DNA of 63,627 bases, counting the filler, from Octopus bimaculoides (taxonomy: Eukaryota), in the NCBI RefSeq assembly GCF_001194135.2. It is 6 parts of 5 records of this genome, joined end to end, with 100 filler letters (N's around TTAATTAATTAA, not from the genome) between each part and the next. Parts side by side here need not be neighbours in the genome. Positions count along the whole stretch, not along the records: positions 1 to 29,663 come from NC_068986.1; positions 29,764 to 41,138 come from NC_068982.1; 4 more parts are not named here. The stretch is one strand, 5' to 3'. The position numbers and the translations under genes were made by a program. Of this stretch, positions 26,778 through 39,160 are shown piece after piece (within the stretch, counting starts at the first letter, position 1; each line of letters starts with the position of its first letter). Under the pieces are notes generated by a model, which saw nothing but the letters and a program-made list of their open reading frames with translations, was not told where the DNA came from and ran no database searches.

Positions 26778-27883
26778 GACACGGGGACACACACACACAT
26801 ACATGTATGCTTTCAGTTTATGTTTACCATATCTACTCACAAGGCTTTGGTTGGCCCAGAGCTATAGTAGAAAATAGTTGCCCAAAGTCCTATGCAGTGG
26901 GACTGAACCCAAAACCACATAGATGGGAAGCAAGCTTCTTAACCACACAGCTATGCATATATCTATCAAATGATAAACTAGCACTAATTATAAACTATGA
27001 AAATACAAAATTTAAAAAACTTTTTTATCAACAAACCACAGGCATACAAATCTGCTTGTTTCAGTGGCATCTTTTATGATGGGTTGCTGCATCACAAGGC
27101 TTGGTTGATCCAAGGCTATAGTAGTAGACACTTGCCTAAGGTACCACGCTGTGGGACTGAACCCGGAACTATGTGGTTGGTAAGCAAGCTACTTACCACA
27201 CAGCCACTCTTGCGCCTATGTATATATGTGTATGTGTGTGTATGTTATATATGTATGTTATGTATATATGTATGTGTTATATATGTATGTATATATATAT
27301 GTATTACTGTCTCCTTGCCTTGACTTCACATGATTATTGTAAATGAGTCACACTGTCATCCAAGTGATGTCCTTTCTTTCCAATCTTCTGTGAAAATATA
27401 TCTGGTCATGACGAAATATTACCCTGCGTGGAAACAGGTGAAGTTTGACAGCAGGAAGGGCAGCTGGCCATAGAAAATCTGTCTCAACAAATTACATTTG
27501 ACGCATGCCGGAGCATGGAAAAGAGGACGTTAAAATTTCATGCACATGAAATTTTTCACATTCCAATACCACAGGAAAGTCTACTTTTTCAGTTCAACAA
27601 TATTTACTAATTGTGAATGTCATTTGGATGTGTATTCACATAATGTGACGTTGCCTCTTAGAGGCATGCTTTATCAATAGAACAACACCTATCCAACAGG
27701 AATGGTGTCAACATAGATACTTCCAATTTGATGTCAAAGTGTGGTAATCCAGTAGTTAGGGTCATGTGTTGAGTTAGTTCCTGACATTTTTTCAGTTGTC
27801 TACCACCACACCAATGAAATCTAATCCTTGTTGTTTTGGCAACAATGTCTGTAGTGCTTTAGTGCCTTAGTACCTAAATGTAG

Positions 27884-27935
<52 letters not shown>

Positions 27936-28872
27936 GGGCATTAACTGTGTATTAATACCTCACGCTATCGAGGGACTAAATAAGNNNNNNNNNNNNNNNN
28001 NNNNNNNNNNNNNNNNNNNNNNNNNNNNNNNNNNNNNNNNNNNNNNNNNNNNNNNNNNNNNNNNNNNNNNNNNNNNNNNNNNNNNNNNNNNNNNNNNNNN
28101 NNNNNNNNNNNNNNNNNNNNNNNNNNNNNNNNNNNNNNNNNNNNNNNNNNNNNNNNNNNNNNNNNNNNNNNNNNNNNNNNNNNNNNNNNNNNNNNNNNNN
28201 NNNNNNNNNNNNNNNNNNNNNNNNNNNNNNNNNNNNNNNNNNNNNNNNNNNNNNNNNNNNNNNNNNNNNNNNNNNNNNNNNNNNNNNNNNNNNNNNNNNN
28301 NNNNNNNNNNNNNNNNNNNNNNNNNNNNNNNNNNNNNNNNNNNNNNNNNNNNNNNNNNNNNNNNNNNNNNNNNNNNNNNNNNNNNNNNNNNNNNNNNNNN
28401 NNNNNNNNNNNNNNNNNNNNNNNNNNNNNNNNNNNNNNNNNNNNNNNNNNNNNNNNNNNNNNNNNNNNNNNNNNNNNNNNNNNNNNNNNNNNNNNNNNNN
28501 NNNNNNNNNNNNNNNNNNNNNNNNNNNNNNNNNNNNNNNNNNNNNNNNNNNNNNNNNNNNNNNNNNNNNNNNNNNNNNNNNNNNNNNNNNNNNNNNNNNN
28601 NNNNNNNNNNNNNNNNNNNNNNNNNNNNNNNNNNNNNNNNNNNNNNNNNATTGTCCCTTATGCTATCACCACTAGATAAGAAACAATAAAATCTGAGACA
28701 GTTAGAACTTTTGTCTAGAATCAATTACTAGCCTGATAGACTCGGCTATGTCAAGATGGATTTATGTATTCTTCCTCACATTTGGATTTTTATGTATTCT
28801 CTCTCCCACTTGGATTTGAAATGTTGCCACATTTATAATATGTCTTTTCTACTGTAATTTTCTGCATTTTCG

Positions 28873-28960
28873 TGCAGCTGAAGATTGCTCTTCATATGTA
28901 TTTAATGTAATGCTTGCATTACTTAAATAAATTGGAGTAGCATGAAACGTGCGTACTGCA
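28873..28960 (+). ncRNA. Type I hammerhead ribozyme motif (GUA site) with long stem II
   Basis: Stem I TGCAG/CTGCA; core CTGAAGA (28878-84); stem II TGCT/AGCA, TATTTAA/TTAAATA and GTAATGC/GCATTAC; GAAA (28944-47); stem III ACG-TG-CGT; predicted cleavage after A28955. Confidence 0.75.
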
Positions 28961-29369
28961 ATCACCTTTGAAATTCGTGTTGCTTATTTTTTGATTATAT
29001 ATATATATATATATACACATACATGCATACATACAATACATCCATACCTAATTGTTGTCATGTATTTTTGTATCTTTTTTGTCACGGTCATTCTAAGCAT
29101 TCAGCTATTTTCTTGACCATCTGTAATGTGTCATTGACTGATGATTGTGGGTGTGTCTGCCTGTCTGTATGTATTGTATTGTGTGTATGTTTGCTAACTG
29201 CTTGTATTTGGTGGCATCTTTTATGTTTGTTTGTGTGCATCTGAGGTATGGTGTTCACATACAAATTAGATAGCTACATGGGTGGCAATGTATTTACCAA
29301 TATGTGACATGCTAGCTAATGCCTTTCACTGTCTGGGAGATCACTGTTGCTCTCATGTAATACAAAGGT

Positions 29370-29580
29370 CTCTTTTACTTGTTTCAATCATTTGACTGCG
29401 GCCATGCTGGAGCACCGCCTTTAGTCAAGCAAATCGACCCCAGGACTTATTCTTTGTAAGCCTAGTACTTATTCTATCGGTTTCTTTTGCTGAACCGCTA
29501 AGTTACGGGGATGTAAACACACCAGCATTGGTTGTCAAGCGATGTTGGGGGGACAAACACAGACACACAAACATGTACAC
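29370..29580 (-). mobile_element. SINE family B copy
   Basis: Reverse complement of 32695-32895. Confidence 0.8.
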
Positions 29581-29663
29581 ACACATACATATACATCATC
29601 ATCATCATCATCATCGTTTAACGTCCGCTTTCCATGCTAGCATGGGTTGGACGATTTGACTGA

Positions 29664-29763
29664 NNNNNNNNNNNNNNNNNNNNNNNNNNNNNNNNNNNNN
29701 NNNNNNNTTAATTAATTAANNNNNNNNNNNNNNNNNNNNNNNNNNNNNNNNNNNNNNNNNNNN
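29664..29763. other. Assembly filler 44N-TTAATTAATTAA-44N; the 12-mer is at 29708 here and also at 41183, 46492, 53919 and 61719
   Basis: Identical 12-mer with stops in all six frames, centred in a 100-nt gap five times. Confidence 0.95.
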
Positions 29764-29889
29764 TAGTTTCAGCTTAGAGCTGCGGCCATGCTGATGCACC
29801 GCCGTGTTGCTACACTGTTATTACAGGGAGCCTCTTACAATTTGTGGCACTTGGTGAAGAATGGGGTTTGATTTTTTATATATATATAT

Positions 29890-30285
29890 AGGTGAAGTAT
29901 ATTTGCCACTTAAATGTGACTGACCCCTAAGGGTGGATGTTACTGTTGCTTTTAGCCCCAGGAGAACATCTCCTCCAGCTGGCTATCGACACACATCTGC
30001 GTCCTGTCTGTATTTGCAAAGGGAAGTCATCCTTCCCATCTTGATCTGCGAAACGCATCGAAGGTCGGCGATTGTCGTACGCTGAGGACAGATAAATACC
30101 TAGAAACTCGAGTCCGTGCGTATCGCAGATCAAGATGGGAAGGATGACTTTCCTTTGCAAATACAGACAGGACGCAGATGTGTGTCAGTAGCCAGCTGGA
30201 GGAGATGTTCTCCTGGGGCTAAAAGTGACAGTAACATACACCCTTAGGCGGTCAGCCACATTTAAGTGGCAAAGATACTTCACCT
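29890..30285. mobile_element. Foldback (long inverted-repeat) element, arms ~168 bp, with a hammerhead motif in the spacer
   Basis: 29890-30057 is the reverse complement of 30117-30285, with about 9 substitutions and 1 indel by hand count. The left end abuts (TA)n. No ORF or clear TSD. Confidence 0.9.
30076..30120 (+). ncRNA. Type I hammerhead ribozyme motif (GUC site) in the loop of a foldback element
   Basis: Stem I CGTACG (30076-81)/CGTGCG (30115-20); core CTGAGGA (30082-88); stem II AGATA-AA-TACCT (4 of 5 pairs); GAAA (30103-06); palindromic stem III ACTCGAGT (30106-13); predicted cleavage after C30114. Confidence 0.75.
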
Positions 30286-30423
30286 TGTCGTACAGGTACT
30301 GTTAATACCTCGTTCGGAGATTTAACGTTGCTTATATATATATATAGATAGATATATATATATAGATATAGATCTATAAATACATATATATATACATACA
30401 TGCATATATACACACACACACAA

Positions 30424-30540
<117 letters not shown>

Positions 30541-32608
30541 TGTTGGTGCCTTCAAGTTTATCCCTCGATTTGCTAAGACTTATATCGATTAACCTGTATA
30601 TATTCACATTCTTAAACAGAAATCACGACAAAAACATCTCTGTATTATATACAAACATATAGATACTCCAACAATCTGGGAAACTTCTCCAACCATTTTT
30701 ACCACACCTAACTTTCATGTACACATCATATACAACAAACCATGTATCTCCCACTGATTATCAACACTAATCCCTTGTTTTATCTCTATAAACGTCTCCT
30801 AAGTATATCCCATAATTAGATTTTATCACTAAAAAAAGACCTTACAAATACTAAGCTCAAACATATTTTTTCACGCATGCGCATAATCGCATTACACTCA
30901 CCTACACAAACGTTGTCACCAACATAGATTTACTACTTTTACAATATTACTTTTACTTCGTCAGTTACCACTTATCTTTTGACCACACAGTATAAATGTC
31001 TCCATACGTTGAACTGATGATCTGTTATTTAATATAACTATATCTCATATTTCTAAGTTTTCTGTAGAGAAGATACTGCAAGAATTCTAATACAAACAAA
31101 AATTTATTAGATGTAATAGTTAGCTCGAAATAAATTGGAGCTTAATTCCTTTTCTTTCAAATCCTATATTTATATCAATATTTCATAGTGAGATACATAT
31201 TTACTTTTCACGTGTTTCTGAACTTTCTATTAACATTACGCAACGTCTGAAGACGAGTCCTTCTTGTTTAGTTATGTATCTTATAGTTTTCTAAGATGAT
31301 TTTCTATTTCCAGTGATATCAAAGAAAACTGAACAAATATCCATGAGCATCACTCTCCAGATTTAAACTGCATTAAGTGTATATATTTTACATTTTATTC
31401 GTTATAAAAATGTTCTCTTCCCATTCAAAAATCATAAATTAGGTTTGATGATAGTAAATTAGATTTCAGAATAGATTTGTGTAATGGGGAAACTACTTGA
31501 GTAAATTGAATGTAAGTTGGAATTGACTTATGAAACATATCTTCAAAAACTATTTTCAGAATGAAATACAATAATAATAATACCGTTTTAAATTTCAAAT
31601 TCCAATTTGAAATAAAAAGGTGTTTCGGACATATAAAAAAACATATTTATGTTATTATCTTTGTACTAAAACCGTTTTACTTATCCGTATTCAATTATGG
31701 CATGTAAGACATATAGAGTGTAAAAGGAATCCAGACAATAAGACCTACCTTACCCCCCCCATATATATATATATATATATGTATGGATCAAAACAGTTTG
31801 ATTCAAATTCGTTGATACTCTTGAATGTTTGTTAGTGAGATCGAAACATGTCTCGAACAATTATTATGAATAAACTAACTGGAAGTAACATAAATTTGAA
31901 ATTCAAAATGGCTGACGGCTAGTATCACGTTTTAAACTCAAGAGTACTAAAGAATTTGGATCAAACTGTCTTGATCTATACATGTAACTCTCAATAAACT
32001 GGTTGAGTGCCCTTCTTTCGTTTGTCCACTCACTCATGTATGTATATATATATATATATATATATNNNNNNNNNNNNNNNNNNNNNNNNNNNNNNNNNNN
32101 NNNNNNNNNNNNNNNNNNNNNNNNNNNNNNNNNNNNNNNNNNNNNNNNNNNNNNNNNNNNNNNNNNNNNNNNNNNNNNNNNNNNNNNNNNNNNNNNNNNN
32201 NNNNNNNNNNNNNNNNNNNNNNNNNNNNNNNNNNNNNNNNNNNNNNNNNNNNNNNNNNNNNNNNNNNNNNNNNNNNNNNNNNNNNNNNNNNNNNNNNNNN
32301 NNNNNNNNNNNNNNNNNNNNNNNNNNNNNNNNNNNNNNNNNNNNNNNNNNNNNNNNNNNNNNNNNNNNNNNNNNNNNNNNNNNNNNNNNNNNNNNNNNNN
32401 NNNNNNNNNNNNNNNNNNNNNNNNNNNNNNNNNNNNNNNNNNNNNNNNNNNNNNNNNNNNNNNNNNNNNNNNNNNNNNNNNNNNNNNNNNNNNNNNNNNN
32501 NNNNNNNNNNNNNNNNNNNNNNNNNNNNNNNNNNNNNNNNNNNNNNNNNNNNNNNNNNNNNNNNNNNNNNNNNNNNNNNNNNNNNNNNNNNNNNNNNNNN
32601 NNNNNNNN

Positions 32609-32651
<43 letters not shown>

Positions 32652-32694
32652 CACATATATATATATATATATATACATGTGTGTGTATGTATTT

Positions 32695-32895
32695 GTGTGT
32701 CTATGTGTATCCCCGCACCGTCGCTTGACAACTGTTGGTGTGTTTACGTCCCCGTAACCTATCGGTTTGGTAAAAGTGGTGATAGAATACGTACTAGGGT
32801 TACAAAGAATAAGTCTTGGGGTCGGTGTCTTCGATTGAAGGCAGTGGTCTAGTATGGCCACGGTCAAATGACTGAAACAATTAGACTAATAAAAG
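32695..32895 (+). mobile_element. SINE 3' body (family B)
   Basis: CGCTTGACAAC..GGTGTGTTTACGTCCCCGTAAC..GAATAAGTC.TGGGGTCG; reverse copy at 29370-29580, fragments at 50990-51080 (-) and 42367-42420 (+). Confidence 0.8.
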
Positions 32896-33005
32896 AATAT
32901 ATATGTACGTATATATACAAACATACATATATAGATATACATATATACATACATATATATAGATATACACATATACATATATATCTGTATATCTATCTAT
33001 CTATC

Positions 33006-33050
<45 letters not shown>

Positions 33051-33080
33051 NNNNNNNNNNGAGAGAGAGAGAGAGAGAGT

Positions 33081-33112
<32 letters not shown>

Positions 33113-33155
33113 CAGACAGAAAGAGATTGAGAGAGCAGAAATAGACAAACAAATT

Positions 33156-33219
<64 letters not shown>

Positions 33220-33697
33220 CATTCACAAGCGTGCATGTGCGCATATGATAGGCTAAAATGATCCTTAAGAGCCAGAAATATTTTAGCATCTGAGGAAGAA
33301 AAGCATCAATTTCACAGCTCGATCGTAATCTAATTACGTTCGACAATAAATACAATTCCATAAACACGTAATAAATATACGCAGTTAATAAATGTGAAAT
33401 AATTAAAATTGATTTAAAGGAATGATTATTACGAATCAAGAATACAACCAGCTCTTTTAGCCATGCACATAATCTCTATTCTTTAGTCTCTCTCTCCCTC
33501 TCCCACTTTTTCTAATGCTCTCTCTCTCCCGTTCTGTCTCCCCCTTTCTCTCTCTCCCTCTCTATGTATCTATATATAAAAATCATATATTAACAGAGGA
33601 AGTATATCATTAGTAAAATTTATTTTACCGTAAATATCTATATTCAACTACAATTGTTTCGCAGCTTACAACTATGCGCTAATAATTTTCTTTATCG

Positions 33698-33922
33698 AAG
33701 GCGGCGAGTTGGCAGAATCGTTAGCACGCCGGGCGAAATGCTTGGCGGTATTTCGTCTGCCACTGCGTTCTGAGTTCAAATTCTGCCGCGGTCGACTTTG
33801 CCTTTCGGGGTCGATAAATTAAGTACCAGTTACGTACTGGGGTCGATATAATCGACTTAATCCGTTTGTCTGTCCTTGTTTGTCCCCTCTGTGTGTAGCC
33901 CCTTGTGGGCAGTAAAGAAATA
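33698..33922 (+). mobile_element. tRNA-headed SINE (family 1), young copy
   Basis: GGCGGCGAGTTGGCAGAATCGTTAG head, GAGTTCAAATTC B-box, core GACTTTGCCTTTC..GGGGTCGATAAATTAAGTACCAG. Confidence 0.85.
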
Positions 33923-34763
33923 NNNNNNNNNNNNNNNNNNNNNNNNNNNNNNNNNNNNNNNNNNNNNNNNNNNNNNNNNNNNNNNNNNNNNNNNNNNNNN
34001 NNNNNNNNNNNNNNNNNNNNNNNNNNNNNNNNNNNNNNNNNNNNNNNNNNNNNNNNNNNNNNNNNNNNNNNNNNNNNNNNNNNNNNNNNNNNNNNNNNNN
34101 NNNNNNNNNNNNNNNNNNNNNNNNNNNNNNNNNNNNNNNNNNNNNNNNNNNNNNNNNNNNNNNNNNNNNNNNNNNNNNNNNNNNNNNNNNNNNNNNNNNN
34201 NNNNNNNNNNNNNNNNNNNNNNNNNNNNNNNNNNNNNNNNNNNNNNNNNNNNNNNNNNNNNNNNNNNNNNNNNNNNNNNNNNNNNNNNNNNNNNNNNNNN
34301 NNNNNNNNNNNNNNNNNNNNNNNNNNNNNNNNNNNNNNNNNNNNNNNNNNNNNNNNNNNNNNNNNNNNNNNNNNNNNNNNNNNNNNNNNNNNNNNNNNNN
34401 NNNNNNNNNNNNNNNNNNNNNNNNNNNNNNNNNNNNNNNNNNNNNNNNNNNNNNNNNNNNNNNNNNNNNNNNNNNNNNNNNNNNNNNNNNNNNNNNNNNN
34501 NNNNNNNNNNNNNNNNNNNNNNNNNNNNNNNNNNNNNNNNNNNNNNNNNNNNNNNNNNNNNNNNNNNNNNNNNNNNNNNNNNNNNNNNNNNNNNNNNNNN
34601 NNNNNNNNNNNNNNNNNNNNNNNNNNNNNNNNNNNNNNNNNNNNNNNNNNNNNNNNNNNNNNNNNNNNNNNNNNNNNNNNNNNNNNNNNNNNNNNNNNNN
34701 NNNNNNNNNNNNNNNNNNNNNNNNNNNNNNNNNNNNNNNNNNNNNNNNNNNNNNNNNNNNNNN

Positions 34764-34826
<63 letters not shown>

Positions 34827-35409
34827 ATGTATATATATATATAAAGATATATATAGTACAAGTATATCAAACGGTAAACATATTAAAACAATTCTTTCGT
34901 TAATTAACACAAGAATCAATGGTACATGTTGTGACATAATCTGGTTATTAAACTGTATGAAGAAACTCCGTCTTACTAATATTTATTTGCCCCTTAATAC
35001 ACTTCAGAAACGTCTCTATTGCTAACAATATTATGTAATATATCAAAAAGTGGCAGTCTGGTATATTTATCATAACAAATATCTTTGTTTAAAGTAACAA
35101 TTTATGAACAGTATACAAGAGTCGGCGCCTTGTCGTTTCTATTGTCTAGTCAGATTTATCACAGATGACATAATAATTAATCATCCACGAATTTCTGAGG
35201 AAATTGTACTTCTGCGTTCCTATTAACTTGCCAATAGCCACTCATTGCATCGAAATATCGGTGGTTCTAAACAACAAATAGGAAGTGTTGCTTATTTAGC
35301 TATAGTTTAACACACTGATTATAAAGAGCAATATATACATTCACTTTTTCTATTTATTAATGTAAATTTACTTTTAATCGAAGCTGAGATTAATCAAGAG
35401 ATGACTGAC

Positions 35410-35463
<54 letters not shown>

Positions 35464-35973
35464 NNNNNNNNNNNNNNNNNNNNNNNNNNNNNNNNNNNNN
35501 NNNNNNNNNNNNNNNNNNNNNNNNNNNNNNNNNNNNNNNNNNNNNNNNNNNNNNNNNNNNNNNNNNNNNNNNNNNNNNNNNNNNNNNNNNNNNNNNNNNN
35601 NNNNNNNNNNNNNNNNNNNNNNNNNNNNNNNNNNNNNNNNNNNNNNNNNNNNNNNNNNNNNNNNNNNNNNNNNNNNNNNNNNNNNNNNNNNNNNNNNNNN
35701 NNNNNNNNNNNNNNNNNNNNNNNNNNNNNNNNNNNNNNNNNNNNNNNNNNNNNNNNNNNNNNNNNNNNNNNNNNNNNNNNNNNNNNNNNNNNNNNNNNNN
35801 NNNNNNNNNNNNNNNNNNNNNNNNNNNNNNNNNNNNNNNNNNNNNNNNNNNNNNNNNNNNNNNNNNNNNNNNNNNNNNNNNNNNNNNNNNNNNNNNNNNN
35901 NNNNNNNNNNNNNNNNNNNNNNNNNNNNNNNNNNNNNNNNNNNNNNNNNNNNNNNNNNNNNNNNNNNNNNNNN

Positions 35974-36024
<51 letters not shown>

Positions 36025-36273
36025 ATTATTATTATCATTATTATTATCATTATTATTATTATTAATATTTATGTATATATATATATTATTTACTATTTAT
36101 TATTTAATTGAACACCACGCATCCATTTCCAAATAACTTTATCTTCACCTTTTTGATGCAACTCTCTTATCTATACTGCTTTCTTCCTCCGCCCTTCTCT
36201 AATCCCCTTTTCCTCGCCCTCCCTCATTCACCGTTTTCTATCTCTCTCTCTCTTTCCCTTCTTTCTCTTTTTT

Positions 36274-36305
<32 letters not shown>

Positions 36306-36659
36306 GTCCCCCTCTTTCTCTTTTTTCTTTCTTTCTCTCTCTTTCTCTGTCTCCCTCTTTCTCTTTTTTCCTCTCCCTTGCATTGCGCACACGTGGCCAT
36401 AATCCATATTTCTTTTCCTCACGTGACCATCTTTCTTTTCCTGCTCGGACGTTCAAACGAACGGACTTTTTTTTTTCTCTCCTATTTTTTCTCTTTTCAA
36501 AAAAATATTTCTCGAAGCATTCACTATTTTCCTCTCATTCAGGTCTAACCACACTCCATGTTCGTTTTCGTACGATTTCCTTGTATGTCTCCAGTGTCAT
36601 GTTTGTGTTTCCAACTTATATTAATGTGTCCGACCGGTTAAAATTTTATTTATTTATTT

Positions 36660-36724
36660 GTGCAGCTGAAGATGACATTGCATTTAAATTGATGTAATGA
36701 TTGCTTGAAACGGTCGTACTGCAT
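36660..36724 (+). ncRNA. Type I hammerhead ribozyme motif (GUA site), same family as 28873
   Basis: Stem I GTGCAG/CTGCAT; core CTGAAGA (36666-72); stem II CATTGCAT/ATGTAATG; GAAA (36707-10); stem III ACG-GT-CGT; predicted cleavage after A36718. The 3' flank resembles that of the 28873 copy. Confidence 0.72.
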
Positions 36725-36771
36725 CACTACTTGATATCCTGTTGCTTATATTGATTTTAAATACATATGAT

Positions 36772-36862
<91 letters not shown>

Positions 36863-37549
36863 AAGAGAAATATATCATATTCTTTTCCTGCAATGAGATG
36901 CAATAATCGGAAATGATAATGGGTCGTGTCCAGTTACTTTGGTATTTCATTAAACATTTGGCCGCATTATGTGCCTCTGTCAACTATTTTTAACCGATAT
37001 TTGAATTTATATGGTTTCTTCTTGCCGTCTTTTGTCGGTGTTTATAGAGATGCCGCTACTTTTTACTCCCACAACACTGTGGTTGATACATAATTTGTCT
37101 TAAACTCTCTCTTCCGTTTGAACATGTTACTGTCTACATTTCTGTATTATTCTCGCTCTTTGTACTGTATTAATTTCCTTTTTATTCTTAGCTAGATCTT
37201 AGTAACATCATTTGAGTTCGGAATCTACTTCTAGATTATTGCCAAGCTCCTGAATTCCCTTAGTATTTCCTCTCCTTAAATATTCCTCATATATTATTCA
37301 TATTTCCGTTTCTGTAGTTCGCTTTGACTTTTGTTGGTCTTCTTATGTTTGATCTTGTTGCTTTTTGCAAGTTTGTTTCCTCACTGCTTATATCTATTTT
37401 CTCTATTTTGTTTGTTACCCATGTTTTCATAGGAGATAATCTATTTTGATATCTGATAATTCTATTATTACGTTTTTTGCCTCGCTTGCAACAATATATC
37501 TTATGTTAACATGTCCGTTCAGATTCAACGTTATATTCAAATAAGTGTT

Positions 37550-37780
37550 AAAGCGGCAAGCAAGCACAAACGTTAGCATGCAACTCAAATGTTTACCGGC
37601 ATTTCATTTGTCTTCACGTTCTTAGTTCAAATTCCGCCGAGGTTGACTTTGTCTTTCATCCGTTTAGGGTCGAAAAGCAATTATCAGTTGAGCACTGAGA
37701 TGAAAGTATTCGACTTAGCGCATCCACCAAAATTTCAAGCTTTGTGCCAAAATTTGAAACCAATATTTAGATCAGAATTA
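37550..37780 (+). mobile_element. Degenerate family 1 SINE
   Basis: TTAGTTCAAATTCCGCCGAGGTTGACTTTGTCTTTCATCCG core. Confidence 0.7.
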
Positions 37781-38269
37781 AATTCTTAACAAATTTTGTT
37801 TAAATAAATTGTCTAGTTTCGCTTTTCTGAGTGTGGGTGAAGTTTTCGAATGAACATGTAGAATGAAACATATTGCTCTCGTATCAATTTATAACTATAA
37901 TCTTTTATCTCCAGAACATATGTAAAAACTGGCTCTTTATTCAAATTATTTTCATTATCATCTTGAACTGTTAGAATAGTTTTTGGCGATGCCGCACTCG
38001 GTATGTTCTGATTTGCAGTTCAGTTCCGCTTTTAGCTATGTTCTGAATGTTAAGGCTCTTTTTGCATCGATTGTGAATATTGTGTGAAGAGGACTAACGC
38101 TTGGTTAATATCGTTAAATGTACATTGAACCGGTCAGCCGTTTGTTAGTTTAAGTACACGCATTGTCTGAAAAGTGGCCAGTAGGAATATTGTTATTACA
38201 TCCATTATATGGGCTGAAGATCAATAAATTTCAGATAATCAATGTTTTACTTACAAGTTATGCTTAATA

Positions 38270-38767
38270 TTTCTTCTTCTTTCTTCTTCATCATATTCTT
38301 ATAACCCTCCTCCTCCTCCTCCTTCTTCTTCCTCTTCCCCTTCTTTCACTTCCTCTTCCCCTTCTTTCACTTCATCTTCTTTTTCTTTCTCTTCCTCTTC
38401 TTTTTCTTCTGCTGTTTCTCCTGTTCCTATTTTTGTTCTTCTGTATCTTCCTCTTCCGCTTCTTCTTCCTTTTTTCTTCGTCTTCCTCTTTTTCCTCTTC
38501 CTTTTCTTCCTCTACTTTTTCTTCTTCTTCTTCTTCTTCTTCTTCTACTTCTTCTTCTTCTTCTTATTATTATTATTATTATTAATATTATTATTATGAT
38601 TATTATTACTATTATTATTATCATCATCCTACTCCTTATTATCATCATCATTATTATTTTTATCATTATTATTATGATATTCGAGTAATTCGACTTACTC
38701 CTCCCCCGATATTGCTGGCCTTGTGCCGCAAGTTGAAATCATTATTGTTACTATCAAGTAGTAGTCA

Positions 38768-38816
<49 letters not shown>

Positions 38817-38821
38817 TGTTG

Positions 38822-38853
<32 letters not shown>

Positions 38854-38860
38854 GGTGGTA
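38270..38860. repeat. Compound trinucleotide microsatellite field (CTC/TTC/TTA then TAG/TTG/TGG)
   Basis: Direct reading. Confidence 0.9.
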
Positions 38861-39061
38861 TTTTTAATTGTATTCATTTTGTTACTAAGCCGACCAGCAT
38901 CCTCTCAGGTTTATGTGAAATTTCTGCCCTTTTAAGACAAATTTTAATGTCCTTTTTTTACAAAGGTTACATATTTTTTTTAAATGACTTCACCAATTCA
39001 GTGTCCGGCAGTCAATACATTTCCGATTTCCTACTACTTCCCTTTAACAGGGAATGCATTT

Positions 39062-39160
39062 AACAACAACAATGACAACAACAACAATGACAACAACAAC
39101 AATGACAACAACAACAATGACAACAACAACAATGACAACACCAACAATGACAACAACAGC
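39062..39160. repeat. 15-bp higher-order trinucleotide repeat (AACAACAACAATGAC) x ~6.5
   Basis: Direct reading; one AAC>ACC variant. Confidence 0.9.

Noticed and set aside
29708-29719. TTAATTAATTAA palindrome recurring five times
   Set aside because: Always centred in a 100-nt N gap; an assembly spacer, not biology.
31808-31857. GAAACATGTC-TCGAA (palindromic stem III, GUC)
   Set aside because: No CTGANGA upstream; at best a heavily decayed relic.
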